This document shows positions 1 to 11,154 of a stretch of 64,000 nucleotides of DNA, piece after piece. A program made the position numbers and the translations under genes. The notes below the pieces were generated by a model. That model saw only the letters and a program-made list of their open reading frames with translations. It was not told the DNA's origin and did not search any database. Every line of letters begins with the position of its first letter. Position 1 is the first letter of the stretch. The DNA comes from Euprymna scolopes (lineage: Eukaryota), in NCBI GenBank assembly GCA_053919585.1, contig CM132825.1. One strand, 5' to 3'.

Positions 1-563
1 TGCTTCTAACCACACTATCATTGATGTTCTTCTAAGATAAAAATAGCTTTTTTGCACACCTTTTAGAAGAAAATCCCATTTCTTTCAATCATCTAGATAT
101 TGCATCTCTAGAAAGAGAATTTCCATGCCCTGTTTTGAATTCTTTTAGGATTAATTTTTCAACTTATTATTATATGCTATAATAATAATGATCTACAAAA
201 TAGAAATTTTCAGTTAAAATTAACAAAAATTCATAGAACAATATTGAAAAATCGATTTCTTCCTTCTTTCATTCTTGGCCCATTTTTTTTTTTTTTTTTT
301 TGCTCATGAGTGTAGATATTCCCAATATTTTGTGAATATTGACTTAGTCATAACTCGTTGTTGTTATCGAGTGGTTAGTATTTTTTCAGAATACAAAGAT
401 TTTTTTTTTCTTTTTTTTTGTGTCAGTTGTGTAGACATTTTTTTTATGAATATTAACTCAGTGTTATAGTTGAAAAAAAAAAGCGCTGTGTTTGGACTCC
501 ATATTGCGTTCACAATTAGTCGCCAAATATCATAGGTGTGATCGTTTATGTTTGCTAGTATTA
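1..563 (-). mobile_element. Tc1/mariner DNA transposon relic (5' part of transposase, runs off window start)
   Basis: Minus-strand translation of ~160..1 gives EKLILKEFKTGHGNSLSRDAISR*LKEMGFSSKRCAKKLFLS*KNINDSVVRS. This matches the Tc1 second-HTH/linker pattern (S..TI.RRL...G..SR...KKP.LS.KN) but has two stops. The boundary near 563 (minus strand TATAATACTAGCAAACATAAACGATCACACC, TIR-like) is tentative. Confidence 0.6.
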
Positions 564-564
564 T

Positions 565-1100
565 AGGAAAGTTAACTGTTAACTGGATTTATTGAGACGG
601 GGTATCCCTTGATGATCAAATCCACATTCATCAGTGTTATAGCAAATTTGCATGAGCAAATACTTCCGAATCCTCATTTACCAATGTTATGGCGCTTGTT
701 AATAGGTTTTTGGAATATTTTCACACACATTTTAGCATTTTTTCTTTTCGATATAAACTCCATTTTTTAACAGTCTTGAGTAAATATAATTTACCCAGCT
801 TCCTTTTAACGAATTTAAAGGAATATTTTGGAGTTTAAAATTTTCTCTCTGCTGAATCTAATATTTTTAACTTCTCTATTGTGTATTGTTTTCAAAAATA
901 TACTGCACATTTACAAACTCTTTTGGATATGCCTGCACATATGAGCACTTTGGATCTATTATCAACATATGAAATTTTCTTCAGAATTTATTTTACCTCA
1001 GAACCTTGCATTGGATTTACTTTCGATGCATTTTATCTCGGACAATTTATCATTTTCTCTGGAATGCCAATTCAAGGACACCAACTGGGAAATCTTTAAA
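565..1100 (-). pseudogene. Highly decayed pogo/Tigger-like DDE transposase fragment
   Basis: Minus strand ~653-580 reads MQICYNTDECGFDHQG, resembling the pogo/Tigger first-Asp motif (IYNxDETGF). Upstream sequence is broken by stops and frameshifts. Only this one motif is convincing. Confidence 0.35.
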
Positions 1101-1409
1101 GTTTGGACTTTTTCTCCTTGTCTTTAACTAAAACTTCTTTCCTTTTTACTCCTCATTATATATTTTTTTCCTTTTTACTCCTTTCTATGTTTTTCTCTGT
1201 ATCCCTTATCTACTCCTTCCTCTACCACTAAATAGTGCTTTACATACATTTTGATGCAACTTACAATGAACCCAGTTAGTAAAAAAAGAAAAAGATGACT
1301 GCCTGAATGTGACATAAATATTCATGTTTTCCCCGTGAAAAGTGGAGTGAAAGTGGCTTGTTTTGTGATATTTTTCCGTTATACAAAATATTCCCCAAAA
1401 ATGATGGAG

Positions 1410-1642
1410 AACTTGCTGCTATGATTTCAAATGATCTGAAATAACAGCAAGGTGAGACTTGATTTCTCATATGTTATAGCTCTACTCTTTTGGAAACAGG
1501 GTACAATTATGAATATCTCCAGTATCAAATAATCCTTATACAATGTGAAATTTACTTCATGTATAAAAACCAAATAGAGAAGATATAATATATGAGAAAT
1601 ATTACGGTTATTTCAGATCATTTGAAACCATAGCAGCAAGTT
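1410..1642. repeat. Inverted repeat pair (MITE/foldback remnant)
   Basis: AACTTGCTGCTATGATTTCAAATGATCTGAAATAAC (1410-1445) is the reverse complement, with 1 mismatch, of GTTATTTCAGATCATTTGAAACCATAGCAGCAAGTT (1607-1642). Weaker similarity extends outward. Confidence 0.65.
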
Positions 1643-1890
1643 TTCGCCTCTCTTCTATCAAGGTCAGGCGTTTGGGAAAATATCAGATATTTTGTAATTC
1701 ATATGCAAAAATAGAAAAAAATGACTATGATTGAAACATTTTATGGCTGTAAAAAGTGCCAAAAATAGGCTGTGAATGATGGATGATCTCCTTTGATGTG
1801 CGACCTTAAGTCCAAATGTCACAAGCCTTCATTTGTTAATTTCTGATCAATAGTCAATAATATTTGGAACTTATAAAATTGAAAAATAAG

Positions 1891-1893
<3 letters not shown>

Positions 1894-1961
<68 letters not shown>
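1894..1961. repeat. (TA)n microsatellite
   Basis: Pure AT dinucleotide run of ~68 bp. Confidence 0.98.
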
Positions 1962-1965
<4 letters not shown>

Positions 1966-2075
1966 TAATCGGAATCGGAATCGAGAATCAGAAAAATTTG
2001 AACTTTTGGGGGTATCAGAATCAGTGTCAGAATCGGAAAAACTTGTGCCTAATTTCCGATTCCAGAATCGATTCT
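1962..2075 (+). mobile_element. End of a non-autonomous hAT-like DNA element with GGAATC/AGAATC subterminal repeats
   Basis: CGATTAATCGGAATCGGAATCGAGAATC... with clustered (G/A)GAATC motifs in both orientations. CTAATTTCCGATTCC here matches, in inverted orientation, GGAATCGGAAATTTAG at ~61,245. Confidence 0.45.
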
Positions 2076-2774
2076 TTTGATATTTTTCAAACTTAATTTT
2101 CCATTGCTTGTACTTCATGATAAATCTTTATTATTTTTAGACTATTGGTAAAACTAAACTCTATAGAACATAACATCCAAATAAGATGTAACTTTTTTAT
2201 GTAAAAAAATTCACTAGGTAAACTCTACAAGAATAAAGTTTATTTACAAGGTATTGAAATAATTGTTTAAAATTAAAGAAATATTTTGTTAACAAAAATA
2301 ATATCAAGCATTATTGCTAATTAAATAAAAATAGAATATAAAAAGTGTTGGTTTTAATCTTTATTTTATGAGTTTATGCTTTTGTCCAGTTGGGTTTTGT
2401 CCGGTAGGTTTTTGTCCCTGTAGGTTTTTGTCTTCTTCCTCATTCAGAATTTACAAATATGACAAGGAACAGACAAAATAAAACGTTGAATTGAAGTTGA
2501 AATGAATTTGTGAATTTGAATGCTTCCTTGTGAAAAACTTTTAACATCAAATTTTCTTATTCTGTTACTTATGCTTAGACTTAGGGATTCCTAGGTGCCA
2601 TATACCATCTGAAGCCCTATCAAATGTTTAAGTATTTTTTGCATCAACTTGCCAAATGTCTAGATGACGCTTTTCAGAGAGTTAACAGTTCAAACGAATG
2701 AGCAAGATTTATTGTCTTAAAGCCGCTTTGTCTGACCACCGTGTCCTCTGAAATGATTAATATTTTATTGTATC

Positions 2775-3598
2775 TGTACAGCCTTCTTCAAGTCTCACAC
2801 AAAAACACATTCATATTTCAAGCTGTCATATATATACGCGCACACAAACATATGCGCCCACGTCCACACATGTACACATATTCACGTTCGCGTACATACA
2901 CTCACATTCACGTATATATACACACACGCTTACGTATACACATGTACTCACACACGCGAACACGAACACACACATGGACGACGTCACTTCCGCTTTCTAA
3001 GGAAATACACATGCGCAAAAGACACTCCAGAAGCGAGTATAAAACATGGAGACAAGTTGTTTCTAATCCTCTTTTTAGGACCAACTCTCAACTAGAGAGG
3101 TTGGGCGAACAAGCCGCCGCCGTTTCGGCGCGCGCGCCGGCGCACCTCACGCCCACTTCCTACTATGTATGGGGCACGAGCTAATGACTGTATGTATACA
3201 TTCTCCCTCTTTCTCTCTTCATCTACTACTGGCCACTAAGAACACCTTCGCGTAGCTGACTACTAACTGATGACAACTCTAATATCCTCTTCCTTGCCTA
3301 CACGCTGGATTCTCATTTCCACTACAACACTCACTTCAATTCCCATGCGCGAACAAACAATAATGACCCAAACTTGAGATGAAAACACATTTCCTGTTCT
3401 TGCTACAGCACCAGTCCTGCAACGGACATGGGTTACATACGCGCAGACATGTTATAACTAAAATGTTCATTTCTTTCAACAGCAAATAAACGACGTTTAT
3501 CTTATCCATTACTTGAGTCTTTGTTTCCTTCAATTCCCATTCGTTTCATTATTCTTTTGTAACGGGATTGGGGTATTTATATATCCTAGTCCCCTACA
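2775..3598 (+). mobile_element. Solo LTR (824 bp) of an LTR retrotransposon
   Basis: Starts TGTA, ends TACA. It is flanked by a 4-bp direct repeat TATC (2771-2774 and 3599-3602). It has TATAAAA near 3038, AATAAA near 3486 (~110 bp before the end) and a CA-rich low-complexity tract at ~2825-2975. Confidence 0.75.
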
Positions 3599-4073
3599 TA
3601 TCTTTCTCTAAAACGAAAATGTTAAAAATATACATGAATATCTCGCAATAAATTTATCAATGTCTTGGATAAAATACATAAAGGGAAAACATTTACATGT
3701 TTGTCAAATTAAAAAAGAAATTATATCTACATTTAAAAGTACCCCCCCCCAATAATAATTTACATTTGAAGGCAATATTTCTGAACCCATTAAAAACAAA
3801 ATTATTGTAGAATTTAAGATGGAGTAGCGCAAATAAATTTAGGGCAATTATTGAATAAATATTGATTAGAAATAGGTCGTTGTCCAAGAGTCTTAAAAAC
3901 TAGCTACCCCCTCCCTCAAAATTATATTTAAAAAAGTATCTTGAAATGTTAAGGGTTCTTTAAAACAAAATAAAATCGATTTTTATAAGTTATGAACACG
4001 CTTCATACTATTGTTCTCATGTTGAATATTCCTATTTACTTGCCTCCCCCTAGAGAGTACAGATAGACACAAG

Positions 4074-4303
4074 TATTATATACATCAAGTAACACGAGTT
4101 ATCTCCCCTTGACTGGGATTAATCCCACCATCACCATTGCCTGCAACCTCCCACCAGTACAATCATGTGATATATCGTAGTAGCAAAAACTACTACATCA
4201 TTCTTCAGTGTTAATAAAGCTTCTGTTCCGTTCACACGTGTGTCTCTCTCTTCTCTCCATGTTATCGCTAACCCTTTACTAATACAGGCCACATAATACA
4301 ACA
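4074..4303 (+). repeat. 5' LTR of Gypsy element
   Basis: TA(TG mutated)TTATA...ATACAACA. I count 9 differences from the 3' LTR over 230 bp (~96% identity). It contains AATAAA and the hairpin GTAGTAG-CAAAAA-CTACTAC. Confidence 0.93.
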
Positions 4304-4314
4304 TGGTATCAGAA
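4304..4314 (+). promoter_or_regulatory. Primer-binding site (PBS)
   Basis: TGGTATCAGAA directly follows the LTR. The downstream copies read TGGTGTCAGAA, complementary to the 3' end of tRNA-Leu(CAA) (...UUCUGACACCA), a PBS common in animal Gypsy elements. Confidence 0.8.
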
Positions 4315-4356
4315 AATAATTACGAACCTTAATACTCACAAACGTCAAAAAAAAAA

Positions 4357-4358
<2 letters not shown>

Positions 4359-4405
<47 letters not shown>
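4359..4405. repeat. (TA)n microsatellite at Helitron insertion site
   Basis: Pure AT run directly abutting CTAG at 4406. Confidence 0.97.
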
Positions 4406-4406
<1 letters not shown>

Positions 4407-5099
4407 TAGCTGTACCCTGCCACGCGTTGCTGTGGCTTAATTTCGTGCAATGGAAAATTCTAATAAAAAGAGAAAATGCATGTTTCTTATATTCTTAGTA
4501 CAGCAATCCACTCCAAAAAGTAAAAAAAAAAGGCGAAAATGAAAAAAAAATATGGTACTCTTGCAGAATTGGATCCGGATCTTTGGGAGTTACCATCAAT
4601 CATGGCTTGGGCTCGATCAACATTCAGTAGATTAAGCCGAAAGTTGCTAAACGTTGAAACGCTAAATAGTTTTCTTTTTTATTGTATTCAAAAATGTAAG
4701 TTTTTAATTAATATTTGGGTAAGGGGGGGTGTTACTATACACAGATTCAAAAAAGTTGTTCAAAAACGAATAAATGAAAGCAAAGGTAATGTAAATTACG
4801 TTTCTATCTAACTGGATAATTTTTTAGTGTTTTTATTTAATGTAAAATGTTTAATCGGCTCAAAAACGCAGTGTTTATCTATGTATTTGAAAAAGACGAA
4901 TGGTCGCGGACTCTGTTGAATATGTTAAGTTTGGGAAAATCAGTTAAAAACTATACAAAACAATGTCAGACACCTACTGATTATATGTTATTGTGACATA
5001 GGCTGACATATTCGGTGGGTTTCTGATAGTATTTTGTTTAGTTTTTTAGTTTTAAATCATTTTCTCAAACTTAACATCATCAACAGTGTCCATCACCGT

Positions 5100-7170
5100 T
5101 TGTATTTTTCAAATTTCCAAGTTTAATTAAAGTTTTATGATATGTTTTTTTTTATTCAATTGTAAGGTTAAAGTACAGAATAGATACAAAACACCCTCCC
5201 CTCCCCATGTAAAGAATGGCTTTTTAAATAATAATGTTATTATTTCAGCACGGATCACTCTCTACATGAGTACCTAATATTTTTTTTTCAGCCATTCTTA
5301 CCATAGAGAGGAGATGGTGTTTTGTAACTATTCTGTGCTTTTTTTAACTAACAATTTATTATTAAAAAAAGATATTGTGAAATTATAAAAAAATAAAAAG
5401 ATATTGTGAAAGTTGAATTTAACTTGAAAAAAAACAAAAAAACAATGTTCAACATTGTAGCCGGACCTTATTTAAATTGGAAAAAAACGAAAAAACAATG
5501 TTCAACATTGTAGCCGGACCTTATTTGGCAATAAGGTCACATGAGTCGATTAATGGGTGCTAGTGCTCTTACTGATCCGCGCTATTTTTTTTAAATCGTA
5601 TTTCCAAGCTTAATTAAAGGTTTATATTTTTTTGGTATTTTTTTTAGATAAGGTCCACCTCCACAATTTTCTTTTAAATGACGACTTTTAAAAGTTTCCG
5701 ACTATGCTGAATACAGAAATTGCATTGAAATTTTGTAGAAATAAGTAGTTATCGAGATATAGATAGTTGTTTTATGCATTGTATTATTTGGCAGCCATCT
5801 TTGTTACGCACGTAGATTTGTTTATGGCGCGCGCAAGCATGTAAAAAAGACGGCTGCCAGAGATTACAATGCATTATACAAATTTTTTATATCTCGATAA
5901 CTACTTATTTCTGCAAAATTTCAATGCGATTTCCGTATTCAGCATAGTCGAAAACCTACAAAAGTCGTCATTTAAAAGAAAATTGTGGAGGTGGACCTAA
6001 TCTAAAAATTTACCGTTTTTTTTTCATTCAATTGTAAGGTTAAAGTACAGAATAGGTACAAAACACCCTCTTCTTCCAATGTTAAGAATGGCCTTTTAAA
6101 TAATAACGTTATTATTTCAGCATGGATCAATAAGTGCATGAGTACCCAATTTCTTTAAAAGCATTCATATTTTCTTATATAAAAACAATATCTGTAAAAA
6201 AAAAAAACGTGCACTTTCAATCTTTGTTAAAAAAAGATTTTCTTGAAAAAAACAAAAAAATACGGTAAAAAAAAGCAAAGAACAAAACATTAATCGGTAT
6301 TCATACAGAGAGTGATCCGTGCTGAAATGATAACGTTATTATTTAAAAAGCCATTCTTAACATGGGGAGGGGAGGGGGTTTTACCTTACAATTGAATAAA
6401 AAACATATCATAAAACTGTAATTAAACGTGGAAATGTGATTTAAAAAATAGCGCAGATCACTCTCTGCATTAGCACCGAAAGTACAGAATAGTTAGAAAA
6501 CATCCTCCCTCTCCATGTTAAGAATGGCTTTCTAAATAATGTCAATGCTTCAGTACTGTTCCTTGTCTGCTTAAGTTTAATTTTTGTTTATTAAATTGTT
6601 AGGTGAAAGTCCAGAATAGTTACAAAACACCCTCTTCTCCCAATGTTAAGAATGACTTTTTAAATAATAACGTTATTATTTCAGCATGGATCAATAAGTG
6701 CACGAGTACCCAATTTCTTTAATAAAGAAAAAGCATTCATATTTTCTCATGTCAAAACAACTTCTGTAAAAAAAAAAAGAAAAAAACGTGTACTTTCAAT
6801 TTTTGTTAAAGGTTTTCTTGAAACAAAAACAAAAAAATAGTAACAAAACGTCCTCCCCATGTTAAGAATGGCTTTCTAAATAACGTTATTATTCTATTAT
6901 TATATTATTATGGTACTTTCTCTGCATAAGTATCATGTTTTGTTTATTAAATTGTTAGGTGAAAGTACAGTACTCATGCAGAGAGTGAACCGTGTTGAAA
7001 TAATAATGTTATTATTTAAAAAGCCATTCTTAACATGGGGAGGGTGTTTTGTACCTAATCTGTATTTTAACCTTACAATTGAATAAAAAAACATGTAATA
7101 AAACTTTAATTAAACCTGGAAATACGATTTAAAAAATAGTGCGGACCACTCTTTGCATTAGCACTACCAA
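5100..7170. repeat. Mosaic of ~120-170-bp direct and inverted repeat modules inside the Helitron
   Basis: Core CCCCATGTTAAGAATGGCTTTTTAAATAATAACGTTATTATTTCAGCA recurs on + near 5205, 6075, 6513, 6640 and 6855, and inverted near 5290, 6320-6370 and 6995-7045. A ~47-bp direct duplication also lies at ~5428-5474 / ~5481-5526. Confidence 0.85.
5641..6008. mobile_element. Foldback MITE (near-palindromic, ~370 bp)
   Basis: Arms of ~160 bp: AGGTCCACCTCCACAATTTTCTTTTAAATGACGACTTTT...GGCAGCCATCTT versus AAGACGGCTGCC...AAAAGTCGTCATTTAAAAGAAAATTGTGGAGGTGGACCT, with a spacer of ~45 bp. Confidence 0.88.
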
Positions 7171-7592
7171 CCAATCTTATATCAAAAAACAAAAGAAAAC
7201 TCAAAAAGCAAACGACAAACTTTTTTTTTTGCCTTATATAATAAAGAAAAAATGTTTAAATTAAAAAATTTGGAAGATAAACAAATGAATTATGTTTTTT
7301 TTTGTTTTTTTTTTACTTATCGAGTAAACAGAAAATGAAATCTACTTCCTCTCGTCAATTCGTGGCTGTGAAATGAATCAAACCGGAAGTTCAGTTTTAT
7401 CAACAGAACAGTTTCGCACTAACGGTTACGGAAATATATTTATTTTATTTAATATTTTAATAATTCGCGAGGAAAATTTATTTTAATAACATAAAAACAT
7501 CCCCCGACTCTAAATATGAGTTGTCTGAAAATTTCAAATAAATTGGTAACATAGAAATATGGTTTTATTCACTTGTAACGAACCAAATTTAC

Positions 7593-7596
<4 letters not shown>

Positions 7597-7631
<35 letters not shown>
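7597..7631. repeat. (TA)n microsatellite
   Basis: Pure AT run. Confidence 0.95.
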
Positions 7632-7634
<3 letters not shown>

Positions 7635-8170
7635 AGATGAGTTAGTGCTTTTCGGCCACTCTCTAATAAAATAAATAATTCGACACAAGCAACTGAATAA
7701 ACGAACAAACAACTTTGTAAAACTTAACAAGGGAAAGGTTTATTGAAGCGAGTCGGGGTAAGATGCCAAAAAGATATAACTAGGATAAAACTTGTCTGCC
7801 TTTGCCTGGTAGTTATTCCCAAGTGGGAATCGTCGATACCGGTGTAGTGAGAATGGGAGAGTGAGGAAACAGGTCCGCTGTCTTTGGCGTCTGGCTGGAA
7901 AAGAAGGAGTTTTTCTCGTCCAGAACGGAAGCAGCTAGAGTTCCTTAGGGAGTAAGGAAGGTCCCTGTGGTATGCCTCTGATTGGTCAGTATGTGCCATA
8001 TCGCACAGCCAGGGGAGGCATTGATGCACAAGAAAAGAGTTCTATTTGTTTCTACTACATAACCTCCTGCTTAGGCTGAAAGTCGACAGAAAAAAAGGTA
8101 GCAGAACAAATAGCAAAAAAAAAAAAAATACAAATTAAATAAAAATGTCAATTTATTTAAGTTATTTTTT
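7628..8170 (-). mobile_element. 3' LTR (7628-8059) plus PPT/3' UTR stub of a second, unrelated LTR element in opposite orientation
   Basis: On the minus strand, purine-rich AAGCAGGAGG sits just before TGTAGTAG (8059). AATAAA is at plus-strand TTTATT ~7739-7744, and the end is ...CTCCCTATA (TACA apparently altered or merged with the TA run). GC content is clearly higher than the flanks. Confidence 0.55.
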
Positions 8171-8231
8171 TGTTTTTGTTTTTACGAAAAAAAATAATAT
8201 ATATATATATATATATATTAACAAAAAAACT

Positions 8232-9010
8232 ATGGAATTTCTGCCGCACCCCAAAGAACTCAACTTTTCATCAAACAATCTCGGATAAGAATGGGATACA
8301 TGGAAAAACCAATTCAAGTTATTTTTACAAGCAACAGAGTCAGATACAAAGTCAGAGAAGGTTAAAACATCGATACTATTGACCCATATAGAAAATGAAG
8401 GAAGAAAAATATACTACACCTTCAAGTTCGAGAACAAAGAACAGAAATACAACTTGGAAAAAAATTCGACTTGCACTGCCAACCAAGAAAAAACCTAACT
8501 TTTCTCACATACCAATTCTTGACTTGCAAACAAAAAAAAAATGCAGAGATTTGATGAATATATCACCGAACTGCGACAAAAAGCAAGCAAATGCGAATTT
8601 GGAGAACTTACCGAGAGACTAATAAAAGATCTTCTTATCTGTGGCATTAACGATAGCATGTTTCGAGAAACAATGCTGAGAGAACCGTCGTTGGATTTAG
8701 AAAAAGCAATTCAAGCAGGGCTCAATGCCAAAGAAACGAAGAGACACTCTAAAAGCCACACCAGACACAGAAAATATATTGCATATTCGGGACATGAAGA
8801 AAAACAGAATAACAAAAAACAAGATGTCTGCCCATGCAACTTTTAAACAAGAAGACAAAAAGCCCGCCAAAACACAGTACAGGATTAAAAAATGTACTTA
8901 TTGCTCTGGTTCGCACCAGAAAAACAACTGTTCCGCATACGACAAAACCTGTACAAACTGTAGAATTTTTCCTACAGTTTAGTAGAGCATTATGCACGAA
9001 TGTGTCAAAC
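8232..9010 (+). pseudogene. Gypsy gag with two CCHC knuckles (frameshifted, stops)
   Basis: MEFLPHPKELNFSSNNLG*EWDTWKNQFKLFLQATE...; FDEYITELRQKASKCEFGELTERLIKDLLICGINDSMFRETMLREPSLDLEKAI; CTYCSGSHQKNNCSAYDKTCTNC. Confidence 0.9.
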
Positions 9011-9124
9011 AAAAAAGAAAAAATTATTCAATGTCGGGCAATCATACAACTCGGACCACGTGGAGTCAGACCAGTTTAACTTGGACGCTATATGGAAAAA
9101 AAGTATACACGTGCTCCAAACTGA

Positions 9125-9420
9125 CAAGTGGAAAATAAAACTACAAAGTAATGAAACATTTATTCATTTTAAAATTGGAGCTGAAGTGAATGTAATACCA
9201 GTAAAGATTTACAACACAATAAAACCTAAACCTAAATTAACAAAAACAACGATAACACTAACTGCATACAACAGTACAAAAATTCCGATAATAGGAAGCT
9301 GCATGATACGGCTACAAAACAAAGACATAAAAATAAATACCCAGTTTATCATAGCAGATACCAATGCAAATGCAGTAATTAGTGCAAACACAGCGGAAAA
9401 TCTGGGATTGATGAAATGAA
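9125..9420 (+). pseudogene. Gypsy aspartic protease, catalytic DT codons missing
   Basis: WKIKLQSNETFIHFKI--GAEVNVIP...LTAYNSTKIPIIGSC...TQFII...AVISANTAENLGLMK. The expected FKIDTGA reads FKIGA. Confidence 0.88.
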
Positions 9421-9642
9421 TATATGCGATAAATAAGACTGACATAGAAGCCCTAATAGGAAGACACAAAGATTGCTTTGGTGACATCGGAAAATTACTG
9501 GTCACTCAGCACATCACTATAAACCCAGATATAAAACCTGTTATAAATCCTCCAAGAAATATACCATTTGGCATGAAACCAAAATTAAAAAAAGGAGCTT
9601 GAGAAAATGACAAAAATGGGAATAATAAAACCAATAACTGTC
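9421..9642 (+). pseudogene. N-terminal stub of Gypsy reverse transcriptase
   Basis: DCFGDIGKLLVTQHITINPDIKPVINPPRNIPFGMKPKLKK/ELEKMTKMGIIKPIT is the RT entry motif. The sequence then switches directly to integrase. Confidence 0.85.
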
Positions 9643-10500
9643 AGAACCTCTAATGCACCATGAAACACCATGGACGAAAGTTGCGACAGATATTTTTTAT
9701 TTTTACAATGAAGCATATGTAGTAATAATAGACTACACAACGAGATAATTTGATATCCACAAACTTGATGACTGTAAATCACGAAAAAGTGATGAAGAAA
9801 ATAGAAAACACTTTCGCAAAATTTTGTTTTCCACAAATAGTGATCAGCGACAATGGACCTGAGTTCACATCATCAGAATTTAAACAATTTTTTGCTAAAG
9901 ATTGGGATTTCAAACACATCACGACATGTCCGAACTATTCCCTATCCAATGGACTAGTAGAAAGAAATATGCAAACTATGAAAAGGACACTAATAAAGTC
10001 ATTTGAAAGCAACCAACATCCATATCTAGCAATGTTAGCACTACGGAATTCCCCATTAAAAGATAAATCGTCGTCGCCAGCCCAACAACTAATGAAAAGA
10101 ACGCTTATGACAAACCTTCCTAATATCATGCATAATAAAGCAATGAAAAGGTATGAAATAGATAAAAAGGCTAAAGAACTACCAACACTAAGCAAAGGCC
10201 ACCCTGTTCGTATTCACTCCCAAGGAAAATGGAACATAAAAGGTATAATTATTAAAAAACTAAAAGAGCCTCGTTTGTAGTTAGCAAAAACAGAACAAGG
10301 AAAATATTTAAGACGTAACAGGCATCACCTCTTAAAAACAAATGAAAACCCAACACGCAAAGTTACATGCAACTACAAAAACATATTCAGTCAAGAAAAT
10401 AATCCAAGACAAGCCGTACTAAAACGCGCACGGAAAAGAGAACAACAACAAACTTCACGAGAAGAACAATTAGACATCCAGCCAGATACAGACACTAATT
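9643..10500 (+). pseudogene. Gypsy integrase core and C-terminus (decayed)
   Basis: EPLMHHETPWTKVATDIF...YVVIIDYTTR*F; FPQIVISDNGPEFTSSEFKQF...WDFKHITTCPNYSLSNGLVERNMQTMK; LALRNSPL...SPAQQLM. The D,D,E motifs are recognisable. Confidence 0.92.
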
Positions 10501-10555
10501 AAATACATATAAATAAAAATAAAAACTTCTTTATTTTTAGTAAAAATACTGAAGA

Positions 10556-10785
10556 TGTTATATACATCAATTAACACGAGTTATCTCCCCTTGACTAAGA
10601 TTACTCCCACCATCACCATTGCCTGCAACCTCTCACCAGTACAATCATGTGATATATCGTAGTAGCAAAAACTACTACATCATTCTTTAGTGTTAATAAA
10701 GCTTTTGTTCCGTTCACACGTGTGTCTCTCTCTTCTCTGCATGTTATCGCTAACCCTTTACTAATACAGGCCACATAATACAACA
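10556..10785 (+). repeat. 3' LTR of Gypsy element
   Basis: TGTTATA...ATACAACA, a direct repeat of 4074-4303. Confidence 0.95.
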
Positions 10786-11154
10786 TGGTGTCAGAAAATA
10801 ATTACGAACCTTAACACTCACAAACGTCAAAAAAATATAATACAACATGGTGTCAGAAAATAATTACGGACCTTAACACTCACAAACGTCAAAAAAATAT
10901 AATACAACACGGTGTCAGAAAATAATTACGGACCTTAACACTCACAAACGTCCAAAAAATATAATACAACACGGTGTCAGAAAATAATTACGGACCTTAA
11001 CACTCACAAACGTCAAAAAAATATAATACAACACGGTGTCAGAAAATAATTACGGACCTTAACACTCACAAACGTCCAAAAAATATAATACATGGTGTCA
11101 AAAAATAATTACGGACCTTAACACTCACACACGTCCAAAAAGTATAATACAACA
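10786..11154 (+). repeat. Six tandem 62-bp units of PBS + leader + LTR-end-like sequence
   Basis: Units start at 10786, 10848, 10910, 10972, 11034 and 11093. Consensus YGGTGTCAGAAAATAATTACGGACCTTAACACTCACAAACGTCMAAAAAATATAATACAACA. The first ~50 nt match the post-5'-LTR leader at 4304-4353. Confidence 0.95.

Larger units (their letters stand above)
4406..7627 (-). mobile_element. Non-autonomous Helitron-like element
   Basis: The minus-strand 3' end has the hairpin GCCAC-8nt-GTGGC (4419-4436) ~10 nt before a terminal CTAG (4406-4409) followed by T. The far end (AAATTTCAAATAAATTGG...ACATTTATATATA) runs into (TA)n, as non-autonomous Helitron 5' ends often do. No RepHel ORF. The 5' boundary is hidden in the TA run. 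Confidence 0.75.
4074..11151 (+). mobile_element. Decayed Gypsy/Ty3 LTR retrotransposon (Mag / K02A2.6-like)
   Basis: Two 230-bp LTRs (4074-4303, 10556-10785), a PBS, and gag-protease-(RT start)-integrase order. Candidate 5-bp TSD ACAAG at 4069-4073 and 11152-11156. Confidence 0.92.

Noticed and set aside
1819-2118. ORF with SDSDTDSD and (IY)n
   Set aside because: It is produced by GGAATC subterminal repeats and a (TA)n run.
2378-2440. GGTTTTGTCC short repeats (and GTTGCC/TTTTCC repeats at ~11540-11600) as DNA-transposon ends
   Set aside because: They resemble subterminal repeats, but no partner end or TSD could be identified and they are too short to call.
2741-3184. 147-aa His/Thr/Arg-rich ORF
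   Set aside because: It is the translation of a CA-rich low-complexity tract inside a solo LTR.
8749-10195. Minus-strand ORFs over gag/pol
   Set aside because: They are antisense shadows of the Gypsy coding region with no independent motifs.
10786-11154. 62-bp repeats as CRISPR or tRNA genes
   Set aside because: The units are near-identical along their whole length. Only ~11 nt is tRNA-complementary (the PBS), and no cloverleaf is evident.
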